From NCBI GenBank assembly GCA_037447435.1, contig JBBIGR010000011.1:45002-109001 (forward strand): a stretch of 64,000 nucleotides of DNA, given 5' to 3'. The notes under the pieces are model-generated. The model saw only the letters and a list, made by a program, of their open reading frames with translations, made no database searches and had not been told where the DNA came from. The first letter of the stretch is position 1. Each line of letters starts with the position of its first letter. The position numbers and the translations under genes were made by a program. Below are positions 1 through 9,071 of the stretch, in pieces. Source of the stretch: Fibrobacteria bacterium (GTDB lineage: Bacteria > Fibrobacterota > Chitinivibrionia > Chitinivibrionales > FEN-1185).

Positions 1-427
1 TATCTGAATATTCCTGAGGCATTAAATCGGTATAAATTCGGGCAATATCGTCGAGGTATGATTCTGCTCCTGTAAAATTTTCATCCTGCTCCGATTTTTC
101 ATTAATTTCTTCAATGGCTTTATGGAGAAGTGCGTGAGCCTCCGCGAAGCTGTCCGATTGACAGAATTCTTCAGCACTTGCGATAAGAAAATCAATGTCT
201 GCGACATTAGAAGAATCCGGGGTGGATTTGTTGGTAAAATTTTCTCGGGCGTTCAATGAATCCTTGATCTTTTGAGCCGCAAGAATTGAATCGATAACAG
301 CCGTTTTAGGCTGTTTTGAATTTTTAGTAAAGGAATGTAACGTTTTTGATGAGGCGCAGCTTGCGCATAGCGAAAGGAATACTATCGCAAAACCGAATAA
401 AATGCCTTTGAAAAAGATTTTATACAT
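1..427 (-). CDS. Partial (runs off window) predicted lipoprotein/exported protein, N-terminal 142 aa only
   Basis: Not in ORF track. Manual translation from ATG at 427 gives MYKIFFKGILFGFAIVFLSLCASCASSK..., open to position 1, with a hydrophobic signal and lipobox-like Cys. Confidence 0.75.
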   Translation of the reverse strand, partial: MYKIFFKGILFGFAIVFLSLCASCASSKTLHSFTKNSKQPKTAVIDSILAAQKIKDSLNARENFTNKSTPDSSNVADIDFLIASAEEFCQSDSFAEAHALLHKAIEEINEKSEQDENFTGAESYLDDIARIYTDLMPQEYSD

Positions 428-511
428 GCCGTTTCAAATTAAAAGTGTTTTCATTAAAATAACACATTTTTAATTTGAAACGGCATAATAATGTCTAGCC
501 GTAGGAATTGT

Positions 512-748
512 TTAAGGTGCCGCATGAGAAATTGATAAGGTTTTTCGACTGCTTTTTTTTGGTGAGGTAGAAAAAATGACACTCGTAAGCATATATCCTC
601 GTTTGGAACGACACTCGGTGATTGCGGCACGAATGTTTTTTTCGATTATTGACGATTTCGAACCGCAATAATTGACAAACATACGTGTTTTCTGGGAACA
701 GGTGTCGTACTGTGGACATTGCGAACAGGTGATTTTAAATAGCTGCAT
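512..748 (-). CDS. Small Cys-rich hypothetical protein (78 aa)
   Basis: AGGAG RBS 7 nt before ATG; near-consensus sigma70 promoter at 814-842; CSQCPQYDTC...YCGS motif. Confidence 0.7.
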   Translation of the reverse strand: MQLFKITCSQCPQYDTCSQKTRMFVNYCGSKSSIIEKNIRAAITECRSKRGYMLTSVIFSTSPKKSSRKTLSISHAAP

Positions 749-813
749 TCTGTTCTCCTGGTTAAAGAAACTGAACTATTCAACCATGATGGACGTTGTG
801 CAGTTCTATTACA

Positions 814-842
814 AGTATAACCAACTACCCGTAGTATGTCAA
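814..842 (-). promoter_or_regulatory. sigma70-type promoter for 512..748
   Basis: TTGACA-17 nt-TATACT on the minus strand. Confidence 0.75.
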
Positions 843-1186
843 GAGTTAAATACGCACAATAGATAGCGTGATTGCTATCGGCTTAAAAGGCAAAGGGTTA
901 CTGCAATGATCTTTTTTATATAATTTATTAAACGAAGCAAATTGAATGCTATCAGTAGTTTGAATCAGGTGGACGACTTAACTGTATGGGGGGGAAAAGA
1001 AATTAAATTAGAACCTATTTAATTCATTAAAAATTAATAGGATAGGAATTTATTTATTGAATTTAAATACATTGAAATTCCAAACCCATTGAAAGGTTGG
1101 GCCACGATTACAAAAAGGGGAGTATACTCTATTCTGCAGCCTAAAATGGGTTTAGTTATGGATTCAAAAACAGCGTTTGTATTTTA

Positions 1187-1215
1187 TTGCACATACCAAT
1201 AACCTCTTTTATATT
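1187..1215 (+). promoter_or_regulatory. sigma70-type promoter for fusA2-mtnA
   Basis: TTGCAC-17 nt-TATATT about 75 nt upstream of the start codon. Confidence 0.5.
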
Positions 1216-1289
1216 TAAAACTCATACTATATTTCGTCAGCGGTATCATATTTCTTGCTAACACTCAATTGGTTTACATCGGAGGTTAC

Positions 1290-3380
1290 ATGAAGAAGTA
1301 CGAGGCGAATGCTATCCGCAATGTTTGCTTGCTTTCACACGGCGGTGTGGGCAAAACTTCCCTTCTTGAAGCTTTGTGTTATACGACAAAAGGTACCAAC
1401 AAATTAAATAAAGTTGCCAACGGAACCAGCATATTCGACACACGTCCCGATGAAAAAGAACGTAAAATGTCGGTTTCTATGAAGCTGGGCTTTTGTGAAT
1501 GGAATAACGTTAAGATAAATATTCTCGACACACCCGGTTTTCTTGATTTGCAAGGTGATGCAAAGGCTGCTTTACGCGTCGTTGAATCCGCCGTTGTTTT
1601 AATAAGCGCTCTTGATGGAGTGCAAGTCGGTACCGAACTCATATCTCGTTTTATAGATGAATCAAAAACGCCCAAACTGTTTTTTGTAAACGGTACGGAC
1701 AGGGATAATGTCGATTTCGAGAAAACAATCGCAAATTTAAAAGAAATGTACGGCACCCAAATAGCGCCATTATCAATACCGATCGGCGCGGGACAATCTT
1801 TTAAGGGTATCGTAGATCTTGTTACAAAAGAGGCTTTCATCTATGAACGAGAAGGCCTTGGAATCGGTAAAAAATCGGATATTCCTTCGGACATTTCCAA
1901 AATGGTAGATAGTATCCGGGCGACGCTCATGGAATCTGTTGCTGAAACGGATGAAAGTCTCATGAACAAATATTTCGAAAATGGTGAATTGACCATAGAA
2001 GAAATAAAACTCGGATTGGCAAAAGGATTTGAAGCCGGATCAATATTCCCTGTTCTTTGTGGGAGTGCAACTCTCAACATTGGAACCGATATTTTATTGA
2101 ACACAATTATTTCCCTATGCCCGTCACCATTATCGAGAAAAACCATTCCTGTGCTGCAGGATGACGAAATAAAAAATCTATCATTTACCGAATCCAGTCC
2201 GGCATCGGCATTTGTTTTTAAAACAATAGCTGAAGAACATATTGGCGATTTCAATTGTGTCCGGGTATTCGGCGGAAAAATTTCAACAGGTAAAGACATT
2301 ATTAATGTAACGAGAAACAGCACCGAGCGAATTGGAAATATGTATTTCATGCGGGGACACGAACGAATAGATACACAGGAAATCGGGTTCGGCGATATCG
2401 GTGCGCTTTTAAAAATGAAAGATACCCATACGAGTGATACTTTGGCTGAAAAAGGAGTGTTGTTCGCATTTCCAAAGATTAAATTCAATGAACCATTGGT
2501 TAATGTCGCAATTGTGTCCAAAAACAAGGGCGATGAAGATAAAATCGGTTTGGGAATAGCCAAACTTCATGAAGAAGATCCGACTTTTATTTATAAATAT
2601 CATGCCGATATTAAGCAATCGGTTTTGTCTGCAATGGGCGACATTCATATCGATTTAATACTCGAAAATTTAAAGCATCGCTTTAAAGTGGAAGTCGAAA
2701 AAAAACAAACGAGAATTTCTTACCGGGAAACAATCACCAAATCTGTCAAATATGTCGAATATACTCATAAAAAACAATCGGGCGGTGCCGGTCAATATGC
2801 AAAAGTGGCCATCGATTTGGAACCCCAACAACGAGGCAAGGGATACGAATTTGTCGATAAAATTGTGGGCGGCGTCATAGACCAGTCCTTGCGGCCAAGT
2901 GTCGACAAAGGGGTTCATTCGAAGCTTGAAGAGGGGATATTGGCAGGGTATCCGATTGTCGATTTAAAAGTGTACCTTGTCGATGGAAAAACCCATCCCG
3001 TGGATTCAAAAGACATTGCTTTTCAAATAGCCGGACGGGAAGTTTTTAAAATAGCCTTTGAGCAGGCGAGCCCAATACTATTGGAACCTATTTCCGACAT
3101 GCGAATTACGGTTCCCGATGAATATACAGGAGATGTTATGGGAGATCTATCTTCGCGTCGGGGAAAAATTGGCGGCATGGAACCGGAAGGAAAAGCACAA
3201 ACCATCGTAGCGAAAGTTCCCGAAGCGGAAATACAAAACTATTCCCAGGCATTGCGTGCATTATCGCAAGGACGAGGATATTTCTCCAAGTCCTTTTCCC
3301 ATTACGAACCTGTTCCAGGTGACGTTGCCAAGAAAATCATCGAATCATCTAAGCATTCGATGACAGAAGTTGATGAATGA
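1290..3380 (+). CDS. fusA2: Elongation factor G-like protein (EF-G2 type)
   Basis: HGGVGKTS P-loop, DTPG, EEDPT, YRETI, KKQSGGAGQYA, LLEPI, GDLSSRRG; not in a str operon; GGAGG RBS before ATG 1290. Confidence 0.93.
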   Translation: MKKYEANAIRNVCLLSHGGVGKTSLLEALCYTTKGTNKLNKVANGTSIFDTRPDEKERKMSVSMKLGFCEWNNVKINILDTPGFLDLQGDAKAALRVVESAVVLISALDGVQVGTELISRFIDESKTPKLFFVNGTDRDNVDFEKTIANLKEMYGTQIAPLSIPIGAGQSFKGIVDLVTKEAFIYEREGLGIGKKSDIPSDISKMVDSIRATLMESVAETDESLMNKYFENGELTIEEIKLGLAKGFEAGSIFPVLCGSATLNIGTDILLNTIISLCPSPLSRKTIPVLQDDEIKNLSFTESSPASAFVFKTIAEEHIGDFNCVRVFGGKISTGKDIINVTRNSTERIGNMYFMRGHERIDTQEIGFGDIGALLKMKDTHTSDTLAEKGVLFAFPKIKFNEPLVNVAIVSKNKGDEDKIGLGIAKLHEEDPTFIYKYHADIKQSVLSAMGDIHIDLILENLKHRFKVEVEKKQTRISYRETITKSVKYVEYTHKKQSGGAGQYAKVAIDLEPQQRGKGYEFVDKIVGGVIDQSLRPSVDKGVHSKLEEGILAGYPIVDLKVYLVDGKTHPVDSKDIAFQIAGREVFKIAFEQASPILLEPISDMRITVPDEYTGDVMGDLSSRRGKIGGMEPEGKAQTIVAKVPEAEIQNYSQALRALSQGRGYFSKSFSHYEPVPGDVAKKIIESSKHSMTEVDE

Positions 3381-3402
3381 CCTTTTGCAAATGGTTGAAT
3401 CT

Positions 3403-3447
3403 TTGTCCCCTGCCGCTCAAAGGACCAGGGACTCTTTTTTTCTTTTT
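3403..3447 (+). terminator. Possible intrinsic terminator after fusA2
   Basis: Imperfect GTCCCCTG...CAGGGAC stem followed by a long T tract. Confidence 0.4.
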
Positions 3448-3464
3448 AAGAGGTAGGTTTTAGC

Positions 3465-4508
3465 ATGTCAAGGCTTAAGACTATAGAATGGTTACACGAT
3501 AACGTTCGAATTATCGATCAAACATTGCTTCCCACAAAATTACAGTATACGGATATAAATACCATAGAAGAAATGTATGAGGCAATAAAAGTTTTGCGGG
3601 TCCGAGGTGCTCCCGCGATTGGCATAGCAGCGGCTTTTGGTTTGTTTCTTGGAATTCGAAACTGTTCCGATGATTTATCATGCCGGCAATTCGATGAATT
3701 ACTCTCTGTCAAAGCTTCATATTTAAACGAATCGCGTCCAACTGCCGTTAATTTATCTTGGGCATTAGCGAGAATGAAAGAAAAATCCGCAATTCTCGGA
3801 GATGTCTCAATTAAACTGAAAAAACAGGCACTATTGAATGAAGCGCAACTCATACTTGACGAAGACAGGAAAATGTGCAGGTCGATCGGTGAATTTGCCT
3901 ATGATCTTGTAAAGGATTGTAAGGCAATTCTAACGCATTGCAACGCAGGAGGCTTAGCGACATCAGAATATGGTACAGCTTTATCATGCGTTTATATTGC
4001 AGCGGAAAAAGGGAAAAAAATCCCGGTTTACTCCGACGAAACGAGGCCATTATTGCAAGGATCGCGAATTACTGCTTTTGAACTTTCTGCGGCAGATATT
4101 CCCGTTACCGTGATTTGCGATAATATGGCTGCAACGGTAATGGCGCGTGGTCTTGTCGATGCCGCAATTGTCGGTGCAGACAGGATAGCTGCAAATGGAG
4201 ATACTGCCAATAAAATTGGAACATACGGTGTGGCTTTGTTTGCAAAAGCTCATAATATACCGTTTTATGTTGCTGCGCCATCTTCCACTTTTGATACTTC
4301 AATATCCGATGGCATCAAAATTCCGATTGAAGAAAGGGATCGCGAGGAAATTGTATGTGGATTTGGGAAACAAACCGCTCCTAAAAATGTGGCTGTTTTT
4401 AATCCTGCTTTTGATGTTACTCCGAACAATTTAATTACCGCGATCATAACTGAAAAGGGCGTTTTATATCCGCCGTATACAAAATCTATTTCATCGTTGA
4501 TCGGATAG
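3465..4508 (+). CDS. mtnA: S-methyl-5-thioribose-1-phosphate isomerase
   Basis: VRGAPAIG, SRPTAVNL, THCNAGGLAT, ETRPLLQG, GADRIAANGDTANKIGTY, NPAFDVTP. Confidence 0.96.
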   Translation: MSRLKTIEWLHDNVRIIDQTLLPTKLQYTDINTIEEMYEAIKVLRVRGAPAIGIAAAFGLFLGIRNCSDDLSCRQFDELLSVKASYLNESRPTAVNLSWALARMKEKSAILGDVSIKLKKQALLNEAQLILDEDRKMCRSIGEFAYDLVKDCKAILTHCNAGGLATSEYGTALSCVYIAAEKGKKIPVYSDETRPLLQGSRITAFELSAADIPVTVICDNMAATVMARGLVDAAIVGADRIAANGDTANKIGTYGVALFAKAHNIPFYVAAPSSTFDTSISDGIKIPIEERDREEIVCGFGKQTAPKNVAVFNPAFDVTPNNLITAIITEKGVLYPPYTKSISSLIG

Positions 4509-4517
4509 AAAAACCAT

Positions 4518-4730
4518 ATGCCAAACGGTTCAGTAAAATGGTTTAGCGAGGGGCGCGGTCAGGGAATCATTTCAGCCGATTTAGACAAAAAAGAATTGTC
4601 GGTATCATTCAAGGATCTGATAGGACCCGGATTTAAAATGTTATTTCCAGGCCAGCGAGTTTCATTTGAGATAGTGGATACAGGCAAAGGGCTCAGCGCG
4701 ATTCAGGTCATGCCAACAGATGATATTTAA
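4518..4730 (+). CDS. Cold-shock domain protein with degenerate RNP motifs
   Basis: GSVKWF...GFKML.PGQRVSFEI..TGKG..A..V pattern, 70 aa. Confidence 0.8.
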   Translation: MPNGSVKWFSEGRGQGIISADLDKKELSVSFKDLIGPGFKMLFPGQRVSFEIVDTGKGLSAIQVMPTDDI

Positions 4731-4757
4731 CAGGAATGTAGTGTAAAGTCATAAAAA

Positions 4758-5621
4758 TCAGTTGCCAATTTTATAGGTTGTTCGGAATTTCCAAAGAGGA
4801 GAACCTTTTGCAAAATGAGGCATGAGCCTGCCTCGAGCAAGGGTATGCGAAAAATAGGGTTGGCGAACTGCGCGTGCAATAATATCCTGAACCGAGTCAT
4901 ATGAATATGCACCCCACAACGGTATGATATCGGCAAAATTTTTTCCTTTTAATACGTACGACGTTGCATGGGTATACCCAACTTTCTTCGCAGCATTCCA
5001 AACTCGTTCGTCAACCCGCCCGAACGGGAAAGATATGCTTGTCACTTCCTTTGCTATGATATCCTCAAGAATTCTTTTTGAATCACACAATTCTTTTAAT
5101 AATTCGGAATCCGAGAGTAACGTTAAATTTGCATGTGTCAATGTATGGCTTCCGATTTCATGCCCGAGCGAACTGATTTCAATAATTTGGCTTCTCGTTA
5201 AGTGGGTTTGCTTCGGCAATGCGTCCCATGATGATGTTTTGCCAAGAAAGCCGGCTACAGGGAATACAGTCGTTTTTATTCCATGACGCTCGCAGATGGG
5301 CAATGCTTTTGAATGAAACGTATCAAACCCGTCATCAAAAGTCATTACTATGGAATTTCGACGAGACAACGGAGGTAATGATGAAAAATGAGAAACCGTT
5401 ACAAATCGAAACCCTTCACCACGAAGTCGGCAGAGAAGCGAGTCGAATTTGAATGAAGAATAATATGAACAATGCATTGCCGGAATATCAGAAATGGAAT
5501 GAAAAAGTAAACCGATGGGCCCGCTTGATCTTTTCTTTTTACCGAAAAATAAAACAGCGAGTATGCCGCATAAAAATGGAAAGGCAATAATGGAAAATAG
5601 TAATAAAAAAAGTATGTTCAT
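4758..5621 (-). CDS. Membrane-anchored polysaccharide deacetylase (NodB/CE4)
   Basis: N-terminal TM helix; TFDDG, EIGSHTLTH, FPFG motifs. Confidence 0.9.
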   Translation of the reverse strand: MNILFLLLFSIIAFPFLCGILAVLFFGKKKRSSGPIGLLFHSISDIPAMHCSYYSSFKFDSLLCRLRGEGFRFVTVSHFSSLPPLSRRNSIVMTFDDGFDTFHSKALPICERHGIKTTVFPVAGFLGKTSSWDALPKQTHLTRSQIIEISSLGHEIGSHTLTHANLTLLSDSELLKELCDSKRILEDIIAKEVTSISFPFGRVDERVWNAAKKVGYTHATSYVLKGKNFADIIPLWGAYSYDSVQDIIARAVRQPYFSHTLARGRLMPHFAKGSPLWKFRTTYKIGN

Positions 5622-5642
5622 TCGATGAAAATGACGGAAGAC

Positions 5643-6509
5643 TTAATGGTTTTGTTGACGGTTAAAAATTTTCGACAATAGATTGGAATCGTTCTTTTTC
5701 TTTGCGCCGGTAGCGCCTTGTCTTGCTTTGTTTTTAAGAAAATTTACCGATGTGTAATACAGATATTCGGTATTGCTTGGCGGCGGAACACTGCCTGTTT
5801 TTATGGGTGAGCCGCTATTTGAAATGCTTTTTTCAAGCTCTGATGTCGTAGTTGGAACCTGTTCCGAAACCTTGGCTGGAGTTTCTTGAATCGTAAATTT
5901 TTGGGTCGCGGGAGGGTTCGGATGTCCGGCGGCAATTTCATCGGGATTAACCAGATTTTTTTTCCCGATATTTTCCGTTTGCTGTGTCTGAGATTGCAAA
6001 GATGATTGTTGCTCGGGGTTAAAAAAGGAATCAATTCCTTTTTCAACATCATCATCTGACATGGTTAAAGAAGGCATTGCCACAGGGCCAGAAAGCATTG
6101 TTTCTATATTTTGTTTAATTGCAAATAGTGCCGCTTTCAGTTCCTCTATATGGCGAGCAACGCTTGAAGAAACAGCCGATAAGGAAATTTGGCGGTCAAA
6201 TATAGCTGCACAAATCGTGTCGTCGTCGACAAGCGTGATAAGAAGATTTTTTGTTTTTCCGCAGTGAGACATCATGCTGAATTCCTTTTCGCCAATAAGG
6301 CCAGCAATTCCCTGCGTGGAAGCGAAGCTTCCAACAATGAGGGCAGCAAGTGCGGACATGTCGAAAAGGGCCAACGTTCCCTGGCTGGCAAGAAGCCTTG
6401 TATCTTTATTAACAAGGATCGCCGACAGGATCTTCGTCTCAAAAACAAGACTTTGCAGAATCGAATTCAACCTGTCGATGTCTTCCTTGTAAAGGATGAC
6501 GTCGCTCAT
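5643..6509 (-). CDS. mglB: MglB-like roadblock/LC7 protein with long C-terminal extension
   Basis: [22 protein letters not shown] core and [13 protein letters not shown] acidic helix resemble Myxococcus MglB; ATGA overlap with the mglA stop. Confidence 0.85.
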   Translation of the reverse strand: MSDVILYKEDIDRLNSILQSLVFETKILSAILVNKDTRLLASQGTLALFDMSALAALIVGSFASTQGIAGLIGEKEFSMMSHCGKTKNLLITLVDDDTICAAIFDRQISLSAVSSSVARHIEELKAALFAIKQNIETMLSGPVAMPSLTMSDDDVEKGIDSFFNPEQQSSLQSQTQQTENIGKKNLVNPDEIAAGHPNPPATQKFTIQETPAKVSEQVPTTTSELEKSISNSGSPIKTGSVPPPSNTEYLYYTSVNFLKNKARQGATGAKKKNDSNLLSKIFNRQQNH

Positions 6510-7852
6510 TGAGGTTTGTCTTTATTAAATATTTTGCCAAAGAAGCCGCTTTGCGGTTTTGTCTTCGGATTAACCGGCCTTTTTATTTTTTTTCTCTGAC
6601 GATCTGTGTTGACAGAGGTGAAATAGAGAGGCTGTTCCTCTTCGCCGGGCTGCAACGGCTCTTCGGAGTAATTCTGTTGCGGATATTGCGGAATTTGCTC
6701 CGCAGATTCCTCAGGCGGTTCATAGACGTTGTAACTCCCTTGTTGCGGAGGAGGATACGCTATTGGTTGTGTTTGTTGAGGGGAAGCCGGTTGTTGCAAC
6801 GGTTGGGGTTGCTGTGCCGATTGAAGGTTTCGTAATTTACGTTGTTTTTCTTCAATTTCTCTTTGATATTTTTCAATTTCCAAATCAAGTTCTGTTTTTT
6901 CGGCGGACGACGGTTTGAGTTCTTGACTGGAGTAACCAGATGTTTCAGGTTTTTGAAATGGTGATGATGCTTGAGCCGACATTGGTTCAAGGTTAATGGC
7001 GCCATAATCATAATAATCTGATGCCGGCGGTTGTTGCATAGGCGCTTTAGTAGGAGCCGGTTGAATCGGAGTAGGTTGCGGTACCGAAAAAATGTCTTGT
7101 TGCGGCATTGGTTGCGCAGCAAAAGGGCTCTGTTGGGCAATAGGTCGTTGCTGTTGTTGAACAAAAAACGGATCCTGAGCTGGAACAGGCTTGGGTTGTA
7201 TGCGTTGAGGAGCAGGCGAAGCTATTGGGGCGGCTTGAGGTGTCGGAGCCCCATAGGTTGGTCTGGCATATTTTTTATTCAAACTGTCGATAACAATTTT
7301 TCCAATTATTTTAAGCGATTCGAAAACGCCTTTGCCCTGGCTGGCAACGGCTTCATTCCATTGGTATCCTAATTTATTAACGGTTTTATCAATCGCTTCT
7401 ACAGGGAGTGCATTCGGAAGATCTCTTTTATTGTATTGCAAAACAATCGGGACGCTTCCTGGTTGATAACCATATTCAGCAAGATTGTCATGAAGGTTTT
7501 GAAGGCTTTCAAGGTTTTCCTGCATTTTGTCTTGAGCAGAATCAACGACAAACACAACGCCATCAACGCCGCGCAAAACAAGTTTGCGGGTTGCATTATA
7601 ATAGACTTGCCCCGGAACCGTGTACAATTGAAACTTTGTCGAAAAACCTTTGATCTTGCCTAAGTCAAGCGGCAGAAAATCAAAAAACAAAGTTCTGTCG
7701 GTTTCAGTGGCCAACGAAACCATATCACTTCTATAATCAATGGGGATTTTCCGGTGAATAACCTGTAAATTTGTTGTTTTTCCGCTTAGCCCAGGACCAT
7801 AATAAACAATTTTTACACTAATTTCCCTTATTGCGTAATTAATGGAAGCCAT
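6506..7852 (-). CDS. mglA: MglA family small GTPase with about 250-aa Pro/Gln-rich tail
   Basis: [45 protein letters not shown]. Confidence 0.95.
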   Translation of the reverse strand: MASINYAIREISVKIVYYGPGLSGKTTNLQVIHRKIPIDYRSDMVSLATETDRTLFFDFLPLDLGKIKGFSTKFQLYTVPGQVYYNATRKLVLRGVDGVVFVVDSAQDKMQENLESLQNLHDNLAEYGYQPGSVPIVLQYNKRDLPNALPVEAIDKTVNKLGYQWNEAVASQGKGVFESLKIIGKIVIDSLNKKYARPTYGAPTPQAAPIASPAPQRIQPKPVPAQDPFFVQQQQRPIAQQSPFAAQPMPQQDIFSVPQPTPIQPAPTKAPMQQPPASDYYDYGAINLEPMSAQASSPFQKPETSGYSSQELKPSSAEKTELDLEIEKYQREIEEKQRKLRNLQSAQQPQPLQQPASPQQTQPIAYPPPQQGSYNVYEPPEESAEQIPQYPQQNYSEEPLQPGEEEQPLYFTSVNTDRQRKKIKRPVNPKTKPQSGFFGKIFNKDKPQ

Positions 7853-8017
7853 TGATTAATCCCTCTGTTAAAGCAGATGGCAAAATGTAAAATCGCGGTG
7901 AATGGTTAAAACACCAAATTTTAATATATATAATTGAAATATAGTTCTGTATGAAGGAATACGCAAGCAAAGACACCCAACAATAATTATTAACTAAAAA
8001 AAATAAAATTAGCGCGT

Positions 8018-9070
8018 TTAATCCTTTTTACTTATATCGCATTGGGATAATAATCCTTCTTTAACGAGCGCTGTAACATCGGGAGCGTGGAAACCTTTCT
8101 CAAAATGAAACTGTATTAATGCAATTCGCCGTTTTTGGTCGAATCTGTCCTGGGAATATTTTTCTTTAATGGTCAAACATTGATCGACTCGATTTCTGAG
8201 AACCGTCTTTTGCAAAAAGAAAGAAGCCGCTGAAATGCCTGCAATTGCTGCAATGATCATAATAACGGTTGAAAGCGCATAAATTGAATTTTCCCATGAG
8301 GAGGTTTGTTCGCGAGCGGCAGGTTTTGCAAGTGGAGATTGCTTAACAGATGAAGGAGCGATTTCAGACTCCATCCATAGCCCGAAGATTATTTCATACA
8401 TCCTGTAAGTAAAAAATACCGATTTTTCGCAAATCGAGCCGACGGAAGATGTCCCGTCTATCAATGAATGAACATAGCCGACGGGATCGTACAACGGTGA
8501 TCCAAGCGGAGATGTAGTCTTTTTTCTCGAACCGTTTGGAGAAATTGAAAAAACGGTTTCGTCGGAAATGTTACGATGCATTCTTTTCCACTCATCCGAT
8601 CTGCGCATAGCTTCCATGGTGATAGCATCGGCAGGAAACATGACGCCCGCAATAATGTATTCATCCATACTTTCTAATGAATCAAATCTGTATTGGCCGT
8701 CGTCCCATAAAAAAAGGCTGCACGCTAAGTCTTCAATGCTCATTTTTAAAAGCGAAATCAACTCCTCGCTTGTAAGGTAGTTTCTGCTCGTCAATTCCTG
8801 CGAAAACAATCGCATTTCACCTTGACATAAAATAAGAAGTTCGTTGAGTTCGGCTTCCGAATATCGTTTGGCGAGTATTAAATAGTTGAATAAGAATGTT
8901 TGTAAATTGCTGTCGGCGTTTCCTGCGGCAACAATTTTCCCCTGTGAAAAAATCACAAAACCTTCCTCTTGGCCGTACGAAAGTACCAGTTGTCCGGTTT
9001 TCCCGTCATGAGAAATCAATTGGAAAATATCCGCCAATTGAAATTCACGCAAGCTGCCCCTTAAAGCCAT
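8018..9070 (-). CDS. DUF4388 (PatA-N-like) domain membrane protein
   Basis: MALRGSLREFQLADIFQLI..DGKTGQL N-terminus, LFLWDDGQYRF, MEAMRRSDEW; one C-terminal TM helix. Confidence 0.85.
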   Translation of the reverse strand: MALRGSLREFQLADIFQLISHDGKTGQLVLSYGQEEGFVIFSQGKIVAAGNADSNLQTFLFNYLILAKRYSEAELNELLILCQGEMRLFSQELTSRNYLTSEELISLLKMSIEDLACSLFLWDDGQYRFDSLESMDEYIIAGVMFPADAITMEAMRRSDEWKRMHRNISDETVFSISPNGSRKKTTSPLGSPLYDPVGYVHSLIDGTSSVGSICEKSVFFTYRMYEIIFGLWMESEIAPSSVKQSPLAKPAAREQTSSWENSIYALSTVIMIIAAIAGISAASFFLQKTVLRNRVDQCLTIKEKYSQDRFDQKRRIALIQFHFEKGFHAPDVTALVKEGLLSQCDISKKD

Positions 9071-9071
9071 A

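Noticed and set aside
875..901. sigma28-like -10 (GCCGATAG) on the minus strand
   Set aside because: No correctly spaced TAAA -35, and a better sigma70 promoter lies closer to the gene.
1080..1165. c-di-GMP-I riboswitch-like pieces (CAAACCCATT-GAAA-GGTTGGG, CCTAAA...TATGG) and an AAACCCATT/AATGGGTTT inverted repeat
   Set aside because: The conserved GACGCAAAG junction and P1/P3 pairing are missing, and it lies upstream of the predicted fusA2 promoter; needs an Infernal search.
6650..7250. Apparent CAA/CAG/CCG short repeats
   Set aside because: Explained by the Pro/Gln-rich MglA coding tail; no regular repeat-spacer pattern, so not CRISPR or a VNTR.
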